DNA from: Mobula hypostoma
Lineage: Eukaryota
DNA length: 64,000 nt
Direction: 5' to 3'
Assembly (NCBI RefSeq): GCF_963921235.1
Contig: NC_086101.1
Location: forward strand, 31,868,001 to 31,932,000
The notes beneath the pieces were generated by a model, which was not told the origin of the DNA, made no database searches, and worked only from the letters and a program-made list of their open reading frames with translations. Positions 36,791 to 51,017 of the stretch are shown in pieces. Position 1 is the stretch's first letter, and every line of letters begins with the position of its first letter. A program made the translations under genes and the position numbers.

Positions 36791-39689
36791 ATGATTGAGA
36801 GAGGGACTCAGATGGCTGTTTCTGGACCCAAGGGTGTTGATCAGGTAACATGTCAGTGCAACTGGAAGTGCCAGGTCTCTCTCTGGGAAGCAGTGAAGGT
36901 AGATGAACGGAACTGCCAAATCCCAGTTCTCCCCATCGGCTGAACAGCACTCATTGGCTATGTGATTACTGGGCCTACTCCTGGCTGCTGGTAATGACCC
37001 CCAGAATGTGGGGAAGTGGAAAGAGTTGTGGCCCTGGGAGGGTTGCTGTTATCTTGCCCACCTAGTGCCCACCATGTGACACCTGGTGTCACCACCTCAC
37101 ACCCTCTGGTCCAGCAGCACCAGACGCCCATAACATGGACGAGAGATTCTGGATGATTGCCCTTCCAGGATGTGGGCTGCGAAATTGTTCTGGGAATTGA
37201 TTAATATGGAAAATGGATCTGGTGCTTTCCCGATGTATATGACGAATAAACTATTCTCTGGCTCCAGCTGGATACAGGTATCGATTTTAACTGATATTTT
37301 GATGACAAACTCTGCCATCTTCGTCAGGGGCAATGATGATGTCTAGTCCGGTGCTGTTTATAACCCTGTTGTCCATCCCTCCTGATTGGTTAGTCCTCAT
37401 CCAATCAGGTTTCTGCTGTCCCACTTTGTTTACAATTGAATTCCAGTTCTTACTTAGAGCCAAGTAAGACGAAATTCTCGCTTTAATTAAGAACTGGAAT
37501 TCGATTGTAAACATGCTGTTTTTGCAGAATGTGTTCTTTGAGGTGCAGAGTGGGGAGGTGCCGGCCCTGGTGGGAGACTTGGCTGGGGGCGGAAGACCAC
37601 CTGTGTGTCCCACCTGCCAGATGGGATTCCCATTGAGGAGTACAAGTATTACCACAGCAGGGTCTGAGGGGGCTGACACACCGGGCGGTGAGGGGGTGAT
37701 AACACAACAGCTGAGGGCAGGGGGAAGAGAGGTCACACACATGGTCGTTTGGGAGGAGGGGTCACACTCGAGGACAAAACTCTAAGGTGCAAAGGGACTT
37801 GAGAGTCCTCGTGCGGGAATCCCTAAAGGTTAATTTGCAGGTTAGGTGGGTAGTGAGGGAGGCAAATGCAATGTTAACATTTATTTTGAGAGGACTAGAA
37901 TATAAAAGGAAGGATGTAATGCTGATGCTTTATAAGGCACTGGGCTGGTCTTACCTGGAGTATTGTGAGCAGTTTGGGCCCTTATCTGAGAGAGATGTGC
38001 TGACATTGGAGAGGGTACAGAGGAGGTTCGATTGGAGATTGGGCTGAAAGGGAAATGGATCAGTCATGATGAAGTGGCAGAGCAGACAGACGATGGGCCG
38101 AATGGCCTAATTCTGTTCCTTTCTTATGGAATGACCCAGATTCAGGGTGAGGTGGTCCATCCCTCTCACTAAATACCCCGAAACATCGGGATTGTCAGAA
38201 ATCCCATCAGTATCTGTAATCCCCAAATAGGGGAAAAGGATGAGATCGCACTGGACAGGGTGCAGAGATCCATCATGGTGGTGTTTGTGATGGAGCAGTG
38301 TGGTTATAAAGGAGAGAATGGATAGATCCCTTCCCTTGGAATGGAGGATGCTGAGGGGAGACATGATAGAGGTACAAAATCATTACAGGCAAAGACAGGG
38401 TTGTCCATATTTGAAACCTGCCCATGGCAAATGTGTCTGAAACTAGAGAGACGGGGTTCAGGAAATGGTGGAGAGGTTTAGAGGGGACCTGAGGAAGAAT
38501 GTTCACACGGAGGGTGGGGAGATTGGAACCTGGAACACACTACTTGGGGGATGGTGGAGGGACGGACTCACAATGTTTAGGAAATACTTTGAGAAGCACT
38601 TGAATAACCAAGACAGAGAAGGTTATGGACCAGGTGACAGTGAATGGGAATAATGTGGATTGGTCATTAATGATTAGGACAGACATAGTGGTCTGGAGAG
38701 TCTGTTTCTATGCTTAAAGACCGTGTCAGTGTCCTGCAGAGTCGGGATATTGCACACTTTGATCAGAAACTCTGGCCCCAAAGTAAACAAAGAAAATCGT
38801 GAAGGTGTGAGGAGTGTGGTGTGTATAAAAGGTGGGAAGACGTGGTTACAAGGCCTGAGAGCAGAGAGACAGGGGGTAACATTATGGAACAGATGTAGAA
38901 CCCACACCAGTTATACATTCCACCTGGGGTGAAAATACAGGAGGAAAGGCAATTCAGTTACAGCCACAGGAGAAGCTACGGATAACGTTGGATCCATGGA
39001 GGAGTGGTGTAAGACTGCCAGGTAATGTGACAAACCTGACCCTCGGGCACATGTCAATCCCACCACACACACACTGTTCCAGAAGCAGAAACAGGGGATC
39101 TGAGTAATATTGAAGGGAGAATAACACTGGACTGTAGAAGCTTTGATAACACGGAACAGAAACAGGCTGAGTGAAGGAACCCCATGATTAGAAATAGGAC
39201 AACTTGTGAGATGAGTGAGGAATATTTCTTAACGTAATTTATCATTGTTTTTCTGTATTGCACAGTGCTAGTCAAAAAAAGTTCAAAATAAATGTATTAT
39301 CAAATACAACCCCGAGATTCATTTACTTGCCGGGATTCACAGTGAATCTAAAAAACACAACAGAGTCAATGAAAGACTGTATCAACAAGACAGACTAACA
39401 ACGAATGTGCAAAGGAACACAGGCTGAGAAAATACTAAACAAATAAACAATAAATATCAATCTGGTTTAATACCACTGTCGTGAAATTTGTTGTTCTGTG
39501 ACAGCAACATAATAATAATCACTGTAAATTACAGTGAATATATTTTTAAAAGGTAACAAACAAGTAGCCCAATCAGTGGCAGGAAGAGGCCACAGCGACG
39601 AGATTTCTCACGGGTCAGTGACGCTTGTTTAAAAGTACAGAAGGGACAAGCGGGGTGACCATTGTTGGGAGTAGGCCAGTGGTGAGAGT

Positions 39690-42600
39690 AGGAGTGTCAA
39701 GCTTTGGTTCAAATGAGGCTTCGGCTTTAAAGAGATTTTGGCCCTGGGTTAGATTTTGTTAAAGTTCCCTTTTGGTTTCTCTTACTGTACCTGGTGTAGT
39801 AAACGGCTGTTATATATTCTTCATGCTGGATGCTGGAGTCCAGGGAGACCCAGAGTCTCCCAGGGAACTACATCTGTGTGAAGAGCATCCGGCTGCAGCT
39901 TCTGGAAGACCGTGTTAGGGATCTGGAGCAGCAGCTGGATGACTTTCATCTTTTACAGGAGAGTGAGGAGATAATCGATCAGAGTTACAAGGAGGTAGTC
40001 ACCACTAATTTGCAGGAGGCAAGTAGCTGGGTGATCATCAGGATAAATGGAAATGTGAATGGGCAGTTAGCACAGAGCAGCCCTGTGGCCATTCCCCTCA
40101 ATAATTAGTATACTGCTTTGGATACTGTTGTGGGTGGGGGGTGACCTCCCAGGTGAATGCCATGCAGACTGGGTTACCAGCACTGAGCATAGGTCCATGG
40201 TACAGAGGGAAAGAGGGAGAAGAAGGGAGCGGTAGTGAAAGGGGACTCAGTAGTCAGAGAACAGGCAGGGGATTCTGTGGACGTGACTGGGACATCCGAA
40301 TGGTATGTTGCCTCCCAGGTGCCAGGGTCTGGGCTGTCTCGGATTACGTTCACAACCAATTGGACAGGGAATGAGTGCAGCCAGATGTCTTGGTACATAT
40401 TGGTACCAATGACATGGGAAGGAAAAGCAAAGAGGTCCTGAAGAGAGAATTTAGAGAGCTGGCAGAGAGCTGAGAAGCAGGATCTCCAGGGTAGTAATTT
40501 CTGGATTGCTGCCTGTGCCACCAGTGAGGGTAGAAACAGGATGATTTGGCAAATTAATGCGTGGCTGAGAATCTGGTGCAGGGGGCAGGGCTTTGGGTTC
40601 TTGGATCATTGGGATCTCTTCTGGAGGAGGTATGACCTGTTCAAAAGTTATGGGACACACCTGAACCATTGGGAACTGGAGTGAAAGGACTCAGGACAGG
40701 ACGGATGGTAAATAAGCAAAGATAGCTTGCAGTCAGACAGTCAGGAAGGGCAGGCAGATAATAGAACAAAATTGTAGCCAACAGGGCGAGTATCAGTACA
40801 TTCGGGATGCAAAATCAAAAAGGTTAGCAAATGTAGTACTCAAAGTGTTATATCTCAATGCACGGAGTATAAGAAATAAGGTGGATGATCTTGTTGCAAT
40901 ATTACAGATTGTCAGGTATGATGTTGTGGCCATCACTGAATCGTGGCTGAAGGATGGTTGTAGTTGGGAGCTGAATGTCCAAGGTTACACATTTTATCGG
41001 AGAGATAGGAAGGTTGGCAAAGGGGGTGATGTGGCTCTACTGGTAAAGAATGGTAACAGATCAGTAGAAAGATGTGACATAGGATTGGAAGATGTTGAAT
41101 CCTTGTTGGTTGAGTTGAGAAATTGCAAGGGCAAAAGGAACCTGTTAGCAGTTATACAGGCCTCCCAACTGTGACTGGGATGTGGACCACATATTACAAC
41201 AGGAAATAGAAAAGGCATGTCAAAAGGGCAATATTATGACAGTCATGGGAGATTTTAACATGTAGGTCGTTTGGGAAAATCAGGTTTGAAATGGATCTCA
41301 ACAGAGTGAAGGTGTTGAATGCCTATGAGCTGGCTTTTCAAAGAGCAGTTTGTTGTTGAGCCCACTGGGGAATCAGATACACTGGATTGGGTGTTATGTA
41401 ATGAACCGGAGGTGATTAGGGAGTTTAAGATAAAAGAACGCTTAGGAACCAGTGATCACAATATGACTGAGTCCAACTTGAAATTTGATAGGGAGAAAGT
41501 AAAGTCTGATGTAGCAGTATTTCAGTGGAATACAGGAATTTACAGTGGTATGAGAGAGGAGTTGGCCAAGGTAAATTGGAAGGAGATGCTGGCAGGAATG
41601 GTGTGAGTTTCTAGGAAAAATGAGGAAGGTGCAGGATCGATAATGAAGAAAATGAATTTCTTCAAAAATGAAGATGGGGACAGCCGTGAAAGCGCAGAGG
41701 AACATTTGGAACAACTTCTGAAATGCCTGCTTCGCTGCCACTGCTACTGTGTGATCGAGAATCTCTGGAGACGTAGGCCCCAAATCCTTAGCTTTGCGTG
41801 TTGCCGGGGCCGAGGTTCAAACGCTCGGCAGAGATGCTGCTCAGTGCTCGGTGTCAAATAGGTGGTCAGAGGCTCGGAGTTTTTCGGACGGACTCAGAGT
41901 TGAACTGTCGTCAGATGCTTCCGGGATGCTGCATCAGCAAGTTGGCGGCGCTGGGGGTTTACCGTCTGCGTGAGATGATGGGACTTTGAGAGATTCTGAG
42001 ACTTTTACTGTGCCATGGTCTGTTCTTATCAAATTATGGTATTGCTTTGCACCGTTGTAACTATATGTTATAATTATGTGGTTTTTGTTAGTTTTTAAGT
42101 CGGTTTGTCATGTGTTTTCTTAATGCATGCATTACTAAATGACAATAAAGGGACTGAGTGTCCTCATAACCATGCTCAAATAGCAAAATAGTACAACCGT
42201 GGCTGACAAGGGAAGTCAAAGCTAATGTAAAAGTAAAGGAGAGGGCATACAACAAAGCAAAAATTAGCAGGAAGACAGTGGATTGGGAAGCTTTTAAAAA
42301 CCTACAGACAGCAACGAAAAGAATCATAGGAGGGAAAAGATGAAATCTGAAAGCAAGCTGTCAAACAATAGCAAAGTGCATAGAAAAAGTTTTTTCAAGT
42401 ATGTAAAAAATGAAAGAGAGATGACAGTGGATGTAGGACCACTAGAAAATGAGGCTGGAGAAATAATAACAGGGGACAAGGAGATGGCAAGTGAACTAAA
42501 TGAATATTTTGCATCAGTCTTCACTGTGGAAGACACGGGCAGTGTGTCAGATGTTGAAGGGTGTGAGGGAAGTGAAGTGAGTGTAGTTACTGTTACAAGG

Positions 42601-44786
42601 GAGAAGGTGCTCAAAAAGCTGAAAGACCTAAGGGTACAGAAGTCACCTGGACCAGATGAACTGCACCTTACAGTTCTGAAAGAGGTAGTGGTAGAGATTG
42701 TGGAGGCATTAGTGATGATCTTTTAAAAATTGTTGGACTCTGGCATGGTGCCAGAGGACTGGAAAATTGCAAATGTCACTCCACTCTTTAAGAAAGGAGG
42801 AAGGCAGCAGAAAGGAAATTATAGACTAGTTAGCCTCACCTCAGTGGTTGTCAATTGTTAAGGACGAGGTTACTGTGACAACAGACCAAGTTATCAGAAG
42901 ATTGATGCCGATAAGAGAGATAAGTAAGAGGGTTACAAAGTACACATGGACTAAGATGTTAACTGTCCTGTGCTATCACCAGTGGGATCATCAGTTGATC
43001 TGCCACCTGTCTTCAGGAGAGAGAGATAAGTAAGACAATGGAGCAGCATTTGGAAATGTTAATGAAGAGACAAGAGAGATTAACGGAAAGAGACACCGGT
43101 CTGAGTATTGACAAACCGATTGCTTTGATCCTGAACTGTTTGAAGTTTGATGGACAGGCGATACCCCAGCAGGGGGATAAAAGGAACAGGTTCGCTAAGG
43201 CGAGCGACACACCACGACACCACGAGATGACGAGACCCTGGAAGCGGTGTGCCCCCCCCCACAAGTTGGTGGGAGTTTGGAGGGCTGGTCGCAGGACCAG
43301 CCATAGACGCATAGGGTGAGAAGGTACGATCGGCGGGTACCTGGTGTGCGTGTCCGCCCTTGCCTGGGTGTCAGGTTCACTGCAAAAGAACGATTGTATC
43401 CGGAACGGAGGGGTCACAGTCGGTGACCTCAGAAGACATTAAAAAGGGCTCGCGCAGAAAGCTAACTGCGAAGAACAAAGGTCGGTCTGAATCCTCTTTG
43501 CATATTCATTCTCTCTTCCCCCCCAAGGGCACGACGGCGATTATTGCGAACTGAACTAAACTGAACTGAACTGTGTCACTTGAGACTGATCATTTTACCC
43601 CTAGACTGCGATAGAGCTTGATTGATCCTATTATCCTAGTTCTGTGTATATGTGTGTTTTACCATTGCTAACCTGTTGCATTTATATCCTTACTATTAGA
43701 GTACTGTGTTACTTATTTCTTTAATAAAACTTCCAGTAGTTCCAGTCTAGTTCCAGTAATCCAGACTCCAACTAAGTGGTCCATTTCTGCTGGTTTGGCA
43801 ACCCAGTTACGGGGTACGTAACATAACGAAGTACTTGGTCACACAGGACAAGATAGGACAAAGTCAGCATGGTTTCCATAAGGGAAAATCTTGCCTGACG
43901 AACCTGTTGGAATTCTTTAAGATGACAAGTAGGATAGATAAAGGGGATGCAGTGGATGTTGTATGTTTGGACTTCCAGAAGGCCTTAGACAAGGTGCCTC
44001 ACACGAGGCTGCTTACCAAGTTAAGACCCCATGGTATTACAGGAAAGTTACTAACATGGTTAGAGCATTGGCTGATTGGTTGGATGCAGCAAGTGTGAAT
44101 GAAAGGATCCTTTTTCTGTTTGGCTGCCAGTGATGGCAGGGGTCGGTGTTGGGACCTCTTCTTTTTATGCTGTAAATAAATTAATTAGATGATGAAATAG
44201 ATGGCTTTGTTGCCACGTTTGCGGGTGATATGAAGATAGGTGGAGGGGCAGGTAGTGTTGAGGGAACAGGTAGGCTGCAGAAAGACTTAGACAGATTAGA
44301 AGAATGGACAGGAGAGTGGCAAATGAAATATAATGTTGGAAAAGGCATGGTCATGCACTTTGGTAATGGAAATAAATGTGCAGACTAGATTCTAAACAGG
44401 GAGAAAATCCAGAAAACTGAGGTGCCAATGGATTTGGGAGTCCTTGTGCAGAACACCCTAAAGGTTAACTTGCACATTGCATTGGTAGTGATGAAGGCAA
44501 ATGCAATGTTAGCATTCATTTCAAAAGGTCTAGAATATAAGAGCAGGGATGTGTTGCTGAGGCTTTATAAGGCTCTGGTGAGGCCTCACCCTGAGTATTG
44601 TGAACAGTTTTGGGCTCCTCATCCAAGATGTATTGGTATTGGAGAGGGTCCAGAGGAGGTTCACAAGGATGATTCTGGGAATAAAAGGGTTATCAAACGA
44701 GGAATATTTGATAGCTCTGGGTCTGTACTCACTGGAATTTAGGAGGTTGAGGGGGAACCTCATTGAAACCTTTCTAATGTTGAAAG
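39690..44786 (+). mobile_element. Near full-length degraded CR1 LINE (ORF1 esterase + ORF2); 3' end continues at 47884-48230
   Basis: ORF1 YICVK..LQLLEDRV and MVCCLPGARV; endonuclease LYLNARSIRNKVDDL...VVAITESW; RT VVCLDFQKALDKVPH. Interrupted by several insertions. Confidence 0.85.
42874..43823 (+). mobile_element. Solo LTR inserted in CR1 ORF2
   Basis: TGTGAC...GTAACA; flanks TTAC/TAAC; splits the CR1 codons KDEVT|KYL. Confidence 0.8.
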
Positions 44787-47700
44787 TGTTGCAATGTACG
44801 TGGCTGGAGCGGACCCAAGTGCAGGACACAGGCATGGAGACGGACTTGGACATGACTTGGACTTGGAGCCTGGACTTGGACTAGACTGGAGCTCAGAGCC
44901 TAGGCTTGGACTGGAACTGGAACACAGAGCCTTGACTTGGACTGGAACATGGAGCCTTGACCTGGACTGGGACTCGGAGCTTGACCTGGTCTGGGACTCG
45001 GACTCGACAAAACAAAACAACGACAGACCACTTGCATCCCAGCTAGGAGCAGCGGCAGAACGGCCGGCAACACGCAGGTGAACTGGGAAAATCAGGTTGG
45101 TACTGGACCCCAGGATAGGGAGTTTGTAGAGTGCCTACGGGATGCATTTTTGGAGCAGCTTGTACGAGAGCCGACCAGGGATAAGGCTATTCTGGATTTA
45201 GTGTTGTGCAATGAACAGGATTTGATAAGTGATCTTGAAGTAAACGAGCCATTAGGAGGTAGTGACCATAATATGATAAGTTTTTATCTGCAAGTTGAGA
45301 GGGATAAGGGCAGATCAGAAGTGTCAGTATTGCAGTTGAACAAAGGAGACTATGGAGCCATGAGGGAGGAGCTGGCCAAAGTTGACTGGTCGGATATCCT
45401 AGCAGAAAAGACAGTGGAACAGCAATGGCAGGGATTCTTGGGAATAATGCACAAGGTGCAAAATCAGTTCATCACCCGGAGAAGGAATGATTCAAAGGGG
45501 GGAAAGTGGCCACAGTGGTTGACAAAGGAAGTCAGAGATAGCATAGCATTAAAAAAGAAGTATAACAGAGCTAAGGTGAGTGGGAAGACGGATGATTGGG
45601 AAATTTTTAAGGAGCAACAGAACTTAACTAAAAAGGCAATACGGGGAGAAAAAATGAAGTATGAACGCAAGCTAGCTAGGAATATAAAGGAGAATAGCAA
45701 AAGTGTTTTTTAGGTATGTGAAGAGAAGGAAGATAGTTAAGAACAATGTTGGGCCCTTGAAGAATGAATTGGGAGAAATTGTTATGGGAAACAGAGAAAT
45801 GGCAGATGAATTTAATAAGTACTTTGGATCTGTATTCACTAGGGAAGACACAAGCAATCTCCCAGATGTATGGATGGGCCAAGGACATAGGGTAACAGAG
45901 GTACTGAAACAGATTGACATTAGGAAGGAAACGGTGATGAGTAGACTGATGGGACTGAAGGCTAACAAATCCCCAGGTCCAGATGGTCTGCATCCTAGGG
46001 TACTAAAGGAGGTGGCTCTGGAAATTGCAGATGCATTGGTGATCATTTTCCAATGTTCCTTAGATTCAGGATCAGTTCCTGAGGATTGGTGAATGGCTAA
46101 TGTTATCCCACTTTTTAAGAAAGGAGGGAGGGAGAAAACAGAGAACTATCGCCCTGTTAGCCTAACATCAGTAGTGGGGAAGATGCTAGAGTCCATTATT
46201 AAAGATGAAATAGTGGCATATCTTGATAGCAGTGACAGGATTGGGCCGAGCCAGCATGGATTTACCAAGGGCAAATCATGCTTGACTAATCTATTGGAGT
46301 TTTTCGAGGATGTAACCAGGAAGATAGACGCGGGAGATCCAGTGGATGTGGTGTACCTTGACTTTCAGAAGGCATTTGATAAGGTACCACATAGGAGATT
46401 GGTGGGTAAAATCAGAGCTCATGGCATTGGGGGGAGGATATTGACATGGATAGAAAACTGGTTGGCAGATAGAAAGCAAAGGGTAGCAGTGAATGGGTGT
46501 TTCTCGGAATGGCAGGTGGTGACTAGTGGGGTGCCACAGGGCTCGGTATTGGGACCACAGCTGTTTACGATTTACGTCAATGATTTAAAGGAAGGCATTG
46601 TGAATAACATCAGCAAGTTTGCTGATGATACTAAACTGGGTGGCAGTGTGACATGTGATGAGGATGTTAGGAGAATTCAAGGTGACTTGGATAGGCTGGG
46701 TGAGTGGGCAGAAACTTGGCAGATGGCGTTTAATGTGAATAAGTGTGAGGTTATTCACTTTGGGAGCAAGAACAGGAAGGCAGATTATTATCTGAACAGT
46801 GTGGAGATAGGTAAGGGAGAAATACAAAGAGATCTAGGAGTACTTGTTCATCAGTCTCTGAAGGTGAACGAGCAAGTGCAGCAGGCAGTGAAGAAGGCTA
46901 ATGGAATGTTGGCCTTTATTACGAAGGGAATTGAGTGCAAGATCAAGGAAATCCTTTTGCATTTGTACAGGGCCCTGGTGAGACCACACCTGGAGTATTG
47001 TGTGCAGTTTTGGTCTGCAGGGTTAAGGAAGGACATCCTGGCTGTGGAGGAGGTGCAGCGCAGGTTCACTAGGTTAATTCCTGGGATGTCTGGACTGTCT
47101 TATGCAGAGAGGTTAGAGTGACTGGGCTTGTACACGCTGGAATTAAGGAGATTGAGTGGGGGGGGGGATCTGATTGAGACATATAAGATTATTAAGGGAT
47201 TGGACAAGATAGAGGCAGGAAATATGTTCCAGATGCTGGGAGAGTCCAGTACCAGAGGGCATGCTTTAAGAATAAGGGGTAGGTCATTTAGGACAGAGTT
47301 GAGGAGGAACTTCTTCTCCCAGAGAGTTGTGGAGGTGTGGAACGCGCTGCCTCAGAAGGCAGTGGAGGCCAATTCTCTGGATGCTTTCAAGAAGGAGCTA
47401 GATAGGTATCTTATGGATAGGGGAATCAAGGGTTATGGGGACAAGGCAGGAACCGGGTATTGATAGTAGATGATCAGCCATGATCTCAGAATGGCGGTGC
47501 AGGCTCGAAGGGCTGAATGGTCTACTTCTGCACCTATTGTCTATTGTCTATTAACACTCAGCTGGACACGAGATAACAAAAAACAAACAACGACAGACCA
47601 CTCACATCCCAGCTTGGAGCCAGCAACACTCAGCTGGACACTAGACGACAAAAACAATGACAGTCCATTTGTAACTTGGCTGGAAGAGAGTCCCTTATTC

Positions 47701-47883
47701 TTGGCAGCTCAGAACGAGCATAGCCGCACTGCTGAGGTAATGAACCAGCAGCGAGTAGATGTAAGCTGGAATCTTTATGTTGCCGGTTCGAATGAGGATC
47801 AGGTGACTCGATCAAGGAGCCAGGCAAAACACAGGGAAAAGGAAATCAACCGAAATAAGGAGTTAGCGGACCTGACTGTAACA
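44787..47883 (-). mobile_element. LTR-like element (~0.6 kb net) with GGACTT/GACTGG tandem repeats, hosting a nested CR1
   Basis: TG...CA ends and an exact 5 bp TSD GAAAG (44782-44786, 47884-47888). Confidence 0.7.
45078..47552 (+). mobile_element. Young 5'-truncated CR1 LINE (ORF2)
   Basis: Long ORF2 pieces 45078-47463 with LDFQKAFDKVPH, GVPQGSVLGP and KFADDTK, broken by one frameshift and two TGA stops. (TATTGTC)n tail; flanks AACACGCAG/AACACTCAG. Confidence 0.95.
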
Positions 47884-48737
47884 GAAAGGCCAGACAGAGT
47901 AGATGTGGAAAAGATGTTTCCCATGGTGGGGGAGTCGTGGATAAGAGAGCACAGCCTCAGGATAGAGGGGTGTCCATTTTAACAGAGATGCAGAGAAATT
48001 TCTTTAGCCAGAGGGTGGTGAATTTGTGGAATTTATTACCACAGGTATCTGTAGAGACAAGGTAGTTGGATGCATTTAAGGCAGAGTTTGACAGGACACG
48101 GCATCAAAGGTTATGGGGAGAAGGCTGGGGAGTGGGACTGAGGAGTGGAAAAAAGGATCAGCCATGACTGAACGGTGGAGAAGACTCGATGGGCCAAATG
48201 GCCTAATTCTGTTCCCAAGTCTTATGAAAATCTGTTGGTTATCACCCCTGGGTCAAGAGCCTGAAGGTTGAGGGGTGACAACTGTTACTAAACCTGGTGG
48301 TGAGAGTCCTGAGGCTCCTGTACCTTCTTCCTGATGGCAGCAGCAGGAACAGAGCACGGTCTGGATGGAGCCACAAAACAACAAATTTCACAACATTGTC
48401 ACTGATATTAGACCTGATTCGGAATGATGGTGCAATTACATAAATCCTTGGCTTCCAACTTCGCAGAAGGTAACTGGGAGCATCTCGGAAACATAGTCAC
48501 CACTGTACCAGACCCCGTTTTACTGGTCCTTGCCAGATCTCTCCCTGGTCACTGTTGCTTCAACAGAAACCTCTCCTCATGTCTTCTCCCACACCCTCCC
48601 ACGAATGTAGATTCTCCTTAAATCCGTAATACACATCATTCCCACTTTGTCCAGAGTCCTAGTGGCTGCATCCTTCAAATCCCAATGTTCCCATCACCAC
48701 AAACACTGCCAGACAGGGAGATAGAGTAAACATCGAT

Positions 48738-49273
48738 TTTATTTGGATTCAGTATTAAAAAGCCTGGACAATGAAGCACAAATGAACCCTTCCTTCCCTC
48801 CCTCCCTCCCCACACCAGCATTAAATCATGTTTCCAGATCTCCCTGTAATCACTCCCACAGCCCATGGTTTAAGTCTCACTTTAACTTCAGCACCTGCCA
48901 CCCACTCCCCTCCCATCCCACAGGGGCCAGAACCACTCTCAGTTAACAGTCAAATTGACAGAATGAGCGAATCTGTTCACCCAACTGTGAGTCTCCAGAT
49001 GCTGACCAGGACTGAGCTGTGGGTCAGAGCTGTTCCGCACTAAACCCCTTCACTTCATCCCAGACACATTAAAGTGATTCAGCTTCCTTTGAAACGCACC
49101 ATTACAGTCGTCTCCTGCAGTGAATCAGCAAATTATTAGTATTCCCAAGTATGTTGGTCAAAGCATAAATCATAGTTTTCCCCGGAGAATATCTCGTTAA
49201 TCACCCAGAGTCCCAGGATTACACTCTGTTCCCATAGATTTCTTCATCCATATCCTGCTGGGAACTGAATTTC
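48738..49273 (-). other. Putative 3' UTR exon of class I gene A
   Basis: Strong polypyrimidine tract and cag acceptor ending at 49274; AATAAA at 48743-48738. No transcript evidence. Confidence 0.45.
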
Positions 49274-49369
49274 CTGCAGAGGGGGAGAGGGGCGAGGAGA
49301 GATGGTTATAGAGTGAGGCATCAGCAGTAAACCTCCCCAACACTGACAATGAAACCGACTAAAACCACC

Positions 49370-50285
49370 CCCTACCCTGTACCTCTACTTCCTGTATACC
49401 CATGACTATATCGTCACCCACAGCTCCAATCTGCTAATAAAATTTGCTGACAACACTACATTGATTGGCCTAATCTCAAACAATAGCGAGGTGCCTACAG
49501 AGAGGAAGTCATCACCCTGACACAGTGGTGTCAAGAAAACAACCTCTCCCTCAATGTCGCAAAAACAAAGGAGCAGGTTGTGGATTACAGGAGGAATGGA
49601 GACAGGCTAACCCCTATTGACATCAATGGATCTGGGGTTGAGATGGTGAACAGCTTCAAGTTCCTCAGCATCCACATCACCGAGGACCTCACGTGGTCTG
49701 TACACACCAGCTATGTGGTGAAGAAAGTACAATAGCACTTCTTTCACCTCAGATGGTTGAGGAAGTTTGGTGTGGCCCCCCAAATCCTAATAACTTTCTA
49801 CAGGGGCACAACTGAGAGCATCCTGACTGGCTGCATTGCTGCCTGGTATGGGAACTGTACCTCCCTTAATCGCAGGACTCTGCAGAGAGTGGTGCGGACA
49901 GCCCAGCGCATCTGTAGTTGTGAACTTCCATGATTCAGGACATTTACAAGGACAGGTGTGTAAAAAGGGCCTGTAGGATCATTGGGGACCCAGGCCACCC
50001 CAACCACAATCTATTCCAGCTGCTACCATCCGGGAAACGGTACCGCAGCATAAAAGCCAGGACCAACAGGCTCCGGGAAAGCTTTTTCCACCGGACCATC
50101 AGACTGATGAACTCATGCTGATTTGAATGTACTCTATATTACATTGACTGTTCTATTTACAGGTATTATAAATTATTTTTAAATTACTGTGATTGCACAT
50201 GGCACATTTAGATGGAGATGTAACGTAAAGATTTTTACTCATGTATGTGAGGGATGTAAGAAATAAAGTCAATTCAGTTCAATGT
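49370..50285 (+). mobile_element. Rex1/Babar-like LINE 3' fragment in the last intron of gene A
   Basis: KFADNTTLIGLI, WCQENNLSLNVAKTKE, FYRGTTESILTGCIAAWYG; AATAAA near 50263. Confidence 0.85.
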
Positions 50286-50714
50286 CCAGTGATTCCAATT
50301 CCCAATAAACAGTACAACAGAATCTATCCATTAAACCCATTCCCCACCACATCACAACCATAACACAACCCTCAAAGCCATCGCCCCCAACCACCACAAA
50401 TCACCCACAACACCCCATACCCCAAACTCTCCCGAGCCCTCTCCCACCCCCACCACATAACACTGGGCAACCCTGGGAAAGCAGCATTTCCAATGACAAA
50501 CCATGAAAACTGGGCACTGGATCCCTGGAATGGAACGGAGCAGGAGGCCATTCCCAGGGTGAGGTGCTGTGGGGACTGGTTACAGCCCATCCCACAGTTC
50601 TGGTTCCGGATCGGGGTTTCTCAGTGCCCAGACTGTGCTGTAATGACCAGCTCCAGCTCCAGTGACAAGAGCTGGGAAGCCCAGCATTGACCAGAGCCCA
50701 ACACAGTTCCTACC

Positions 50715-50761
50715 TCAGGCCATGGCAGAGGAGTTGGGAGAGGATTCTCCTTTGTCAGAAG
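50715..50761 (-). CDS. Class I gene A cytoplasmic exon 2 (to the stop codon)
   Basis: cag|CT TCT GAC...GCC TGA G|GTAGG encoding (T)SDKGESSPNSSAMA*. Confidence 0.85.
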
Positions 50762-51017
50762 CTGTGAATGGAAGGACAGGCAGGGAAACATTTACTACCA
50801 ATGCAGTGCAGACACGGAGAAACAAAGACAGCCACATGCACACAATACACCACTGCACAAACACAGGTATATACAGATAATCACACACACCGACAGAGAC
50901 ACTCACAAGGGTGTCATACACACACACACAGACACTGAACCCCTGTTCTGTTGATGAGACCCAGTGAACATGAACAATGTCACACAACCACCCAACTGTG
51001 ATTTACAGTGAACTTAC

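Noticed and set aside
44794-45081. DLDLE/LGLD repeat ORF; CRISPR-like or other short-repeat array
   Set aside because: Simple hexamer tandem inside an LTR-like element, with no spacers; eukaryotic context.
46093-47121. 342 aa RT ORF as a host gene or active LINE
   Set aside because: Part of a 5'-truncated CR1 ORF2 bounded by premature stops.
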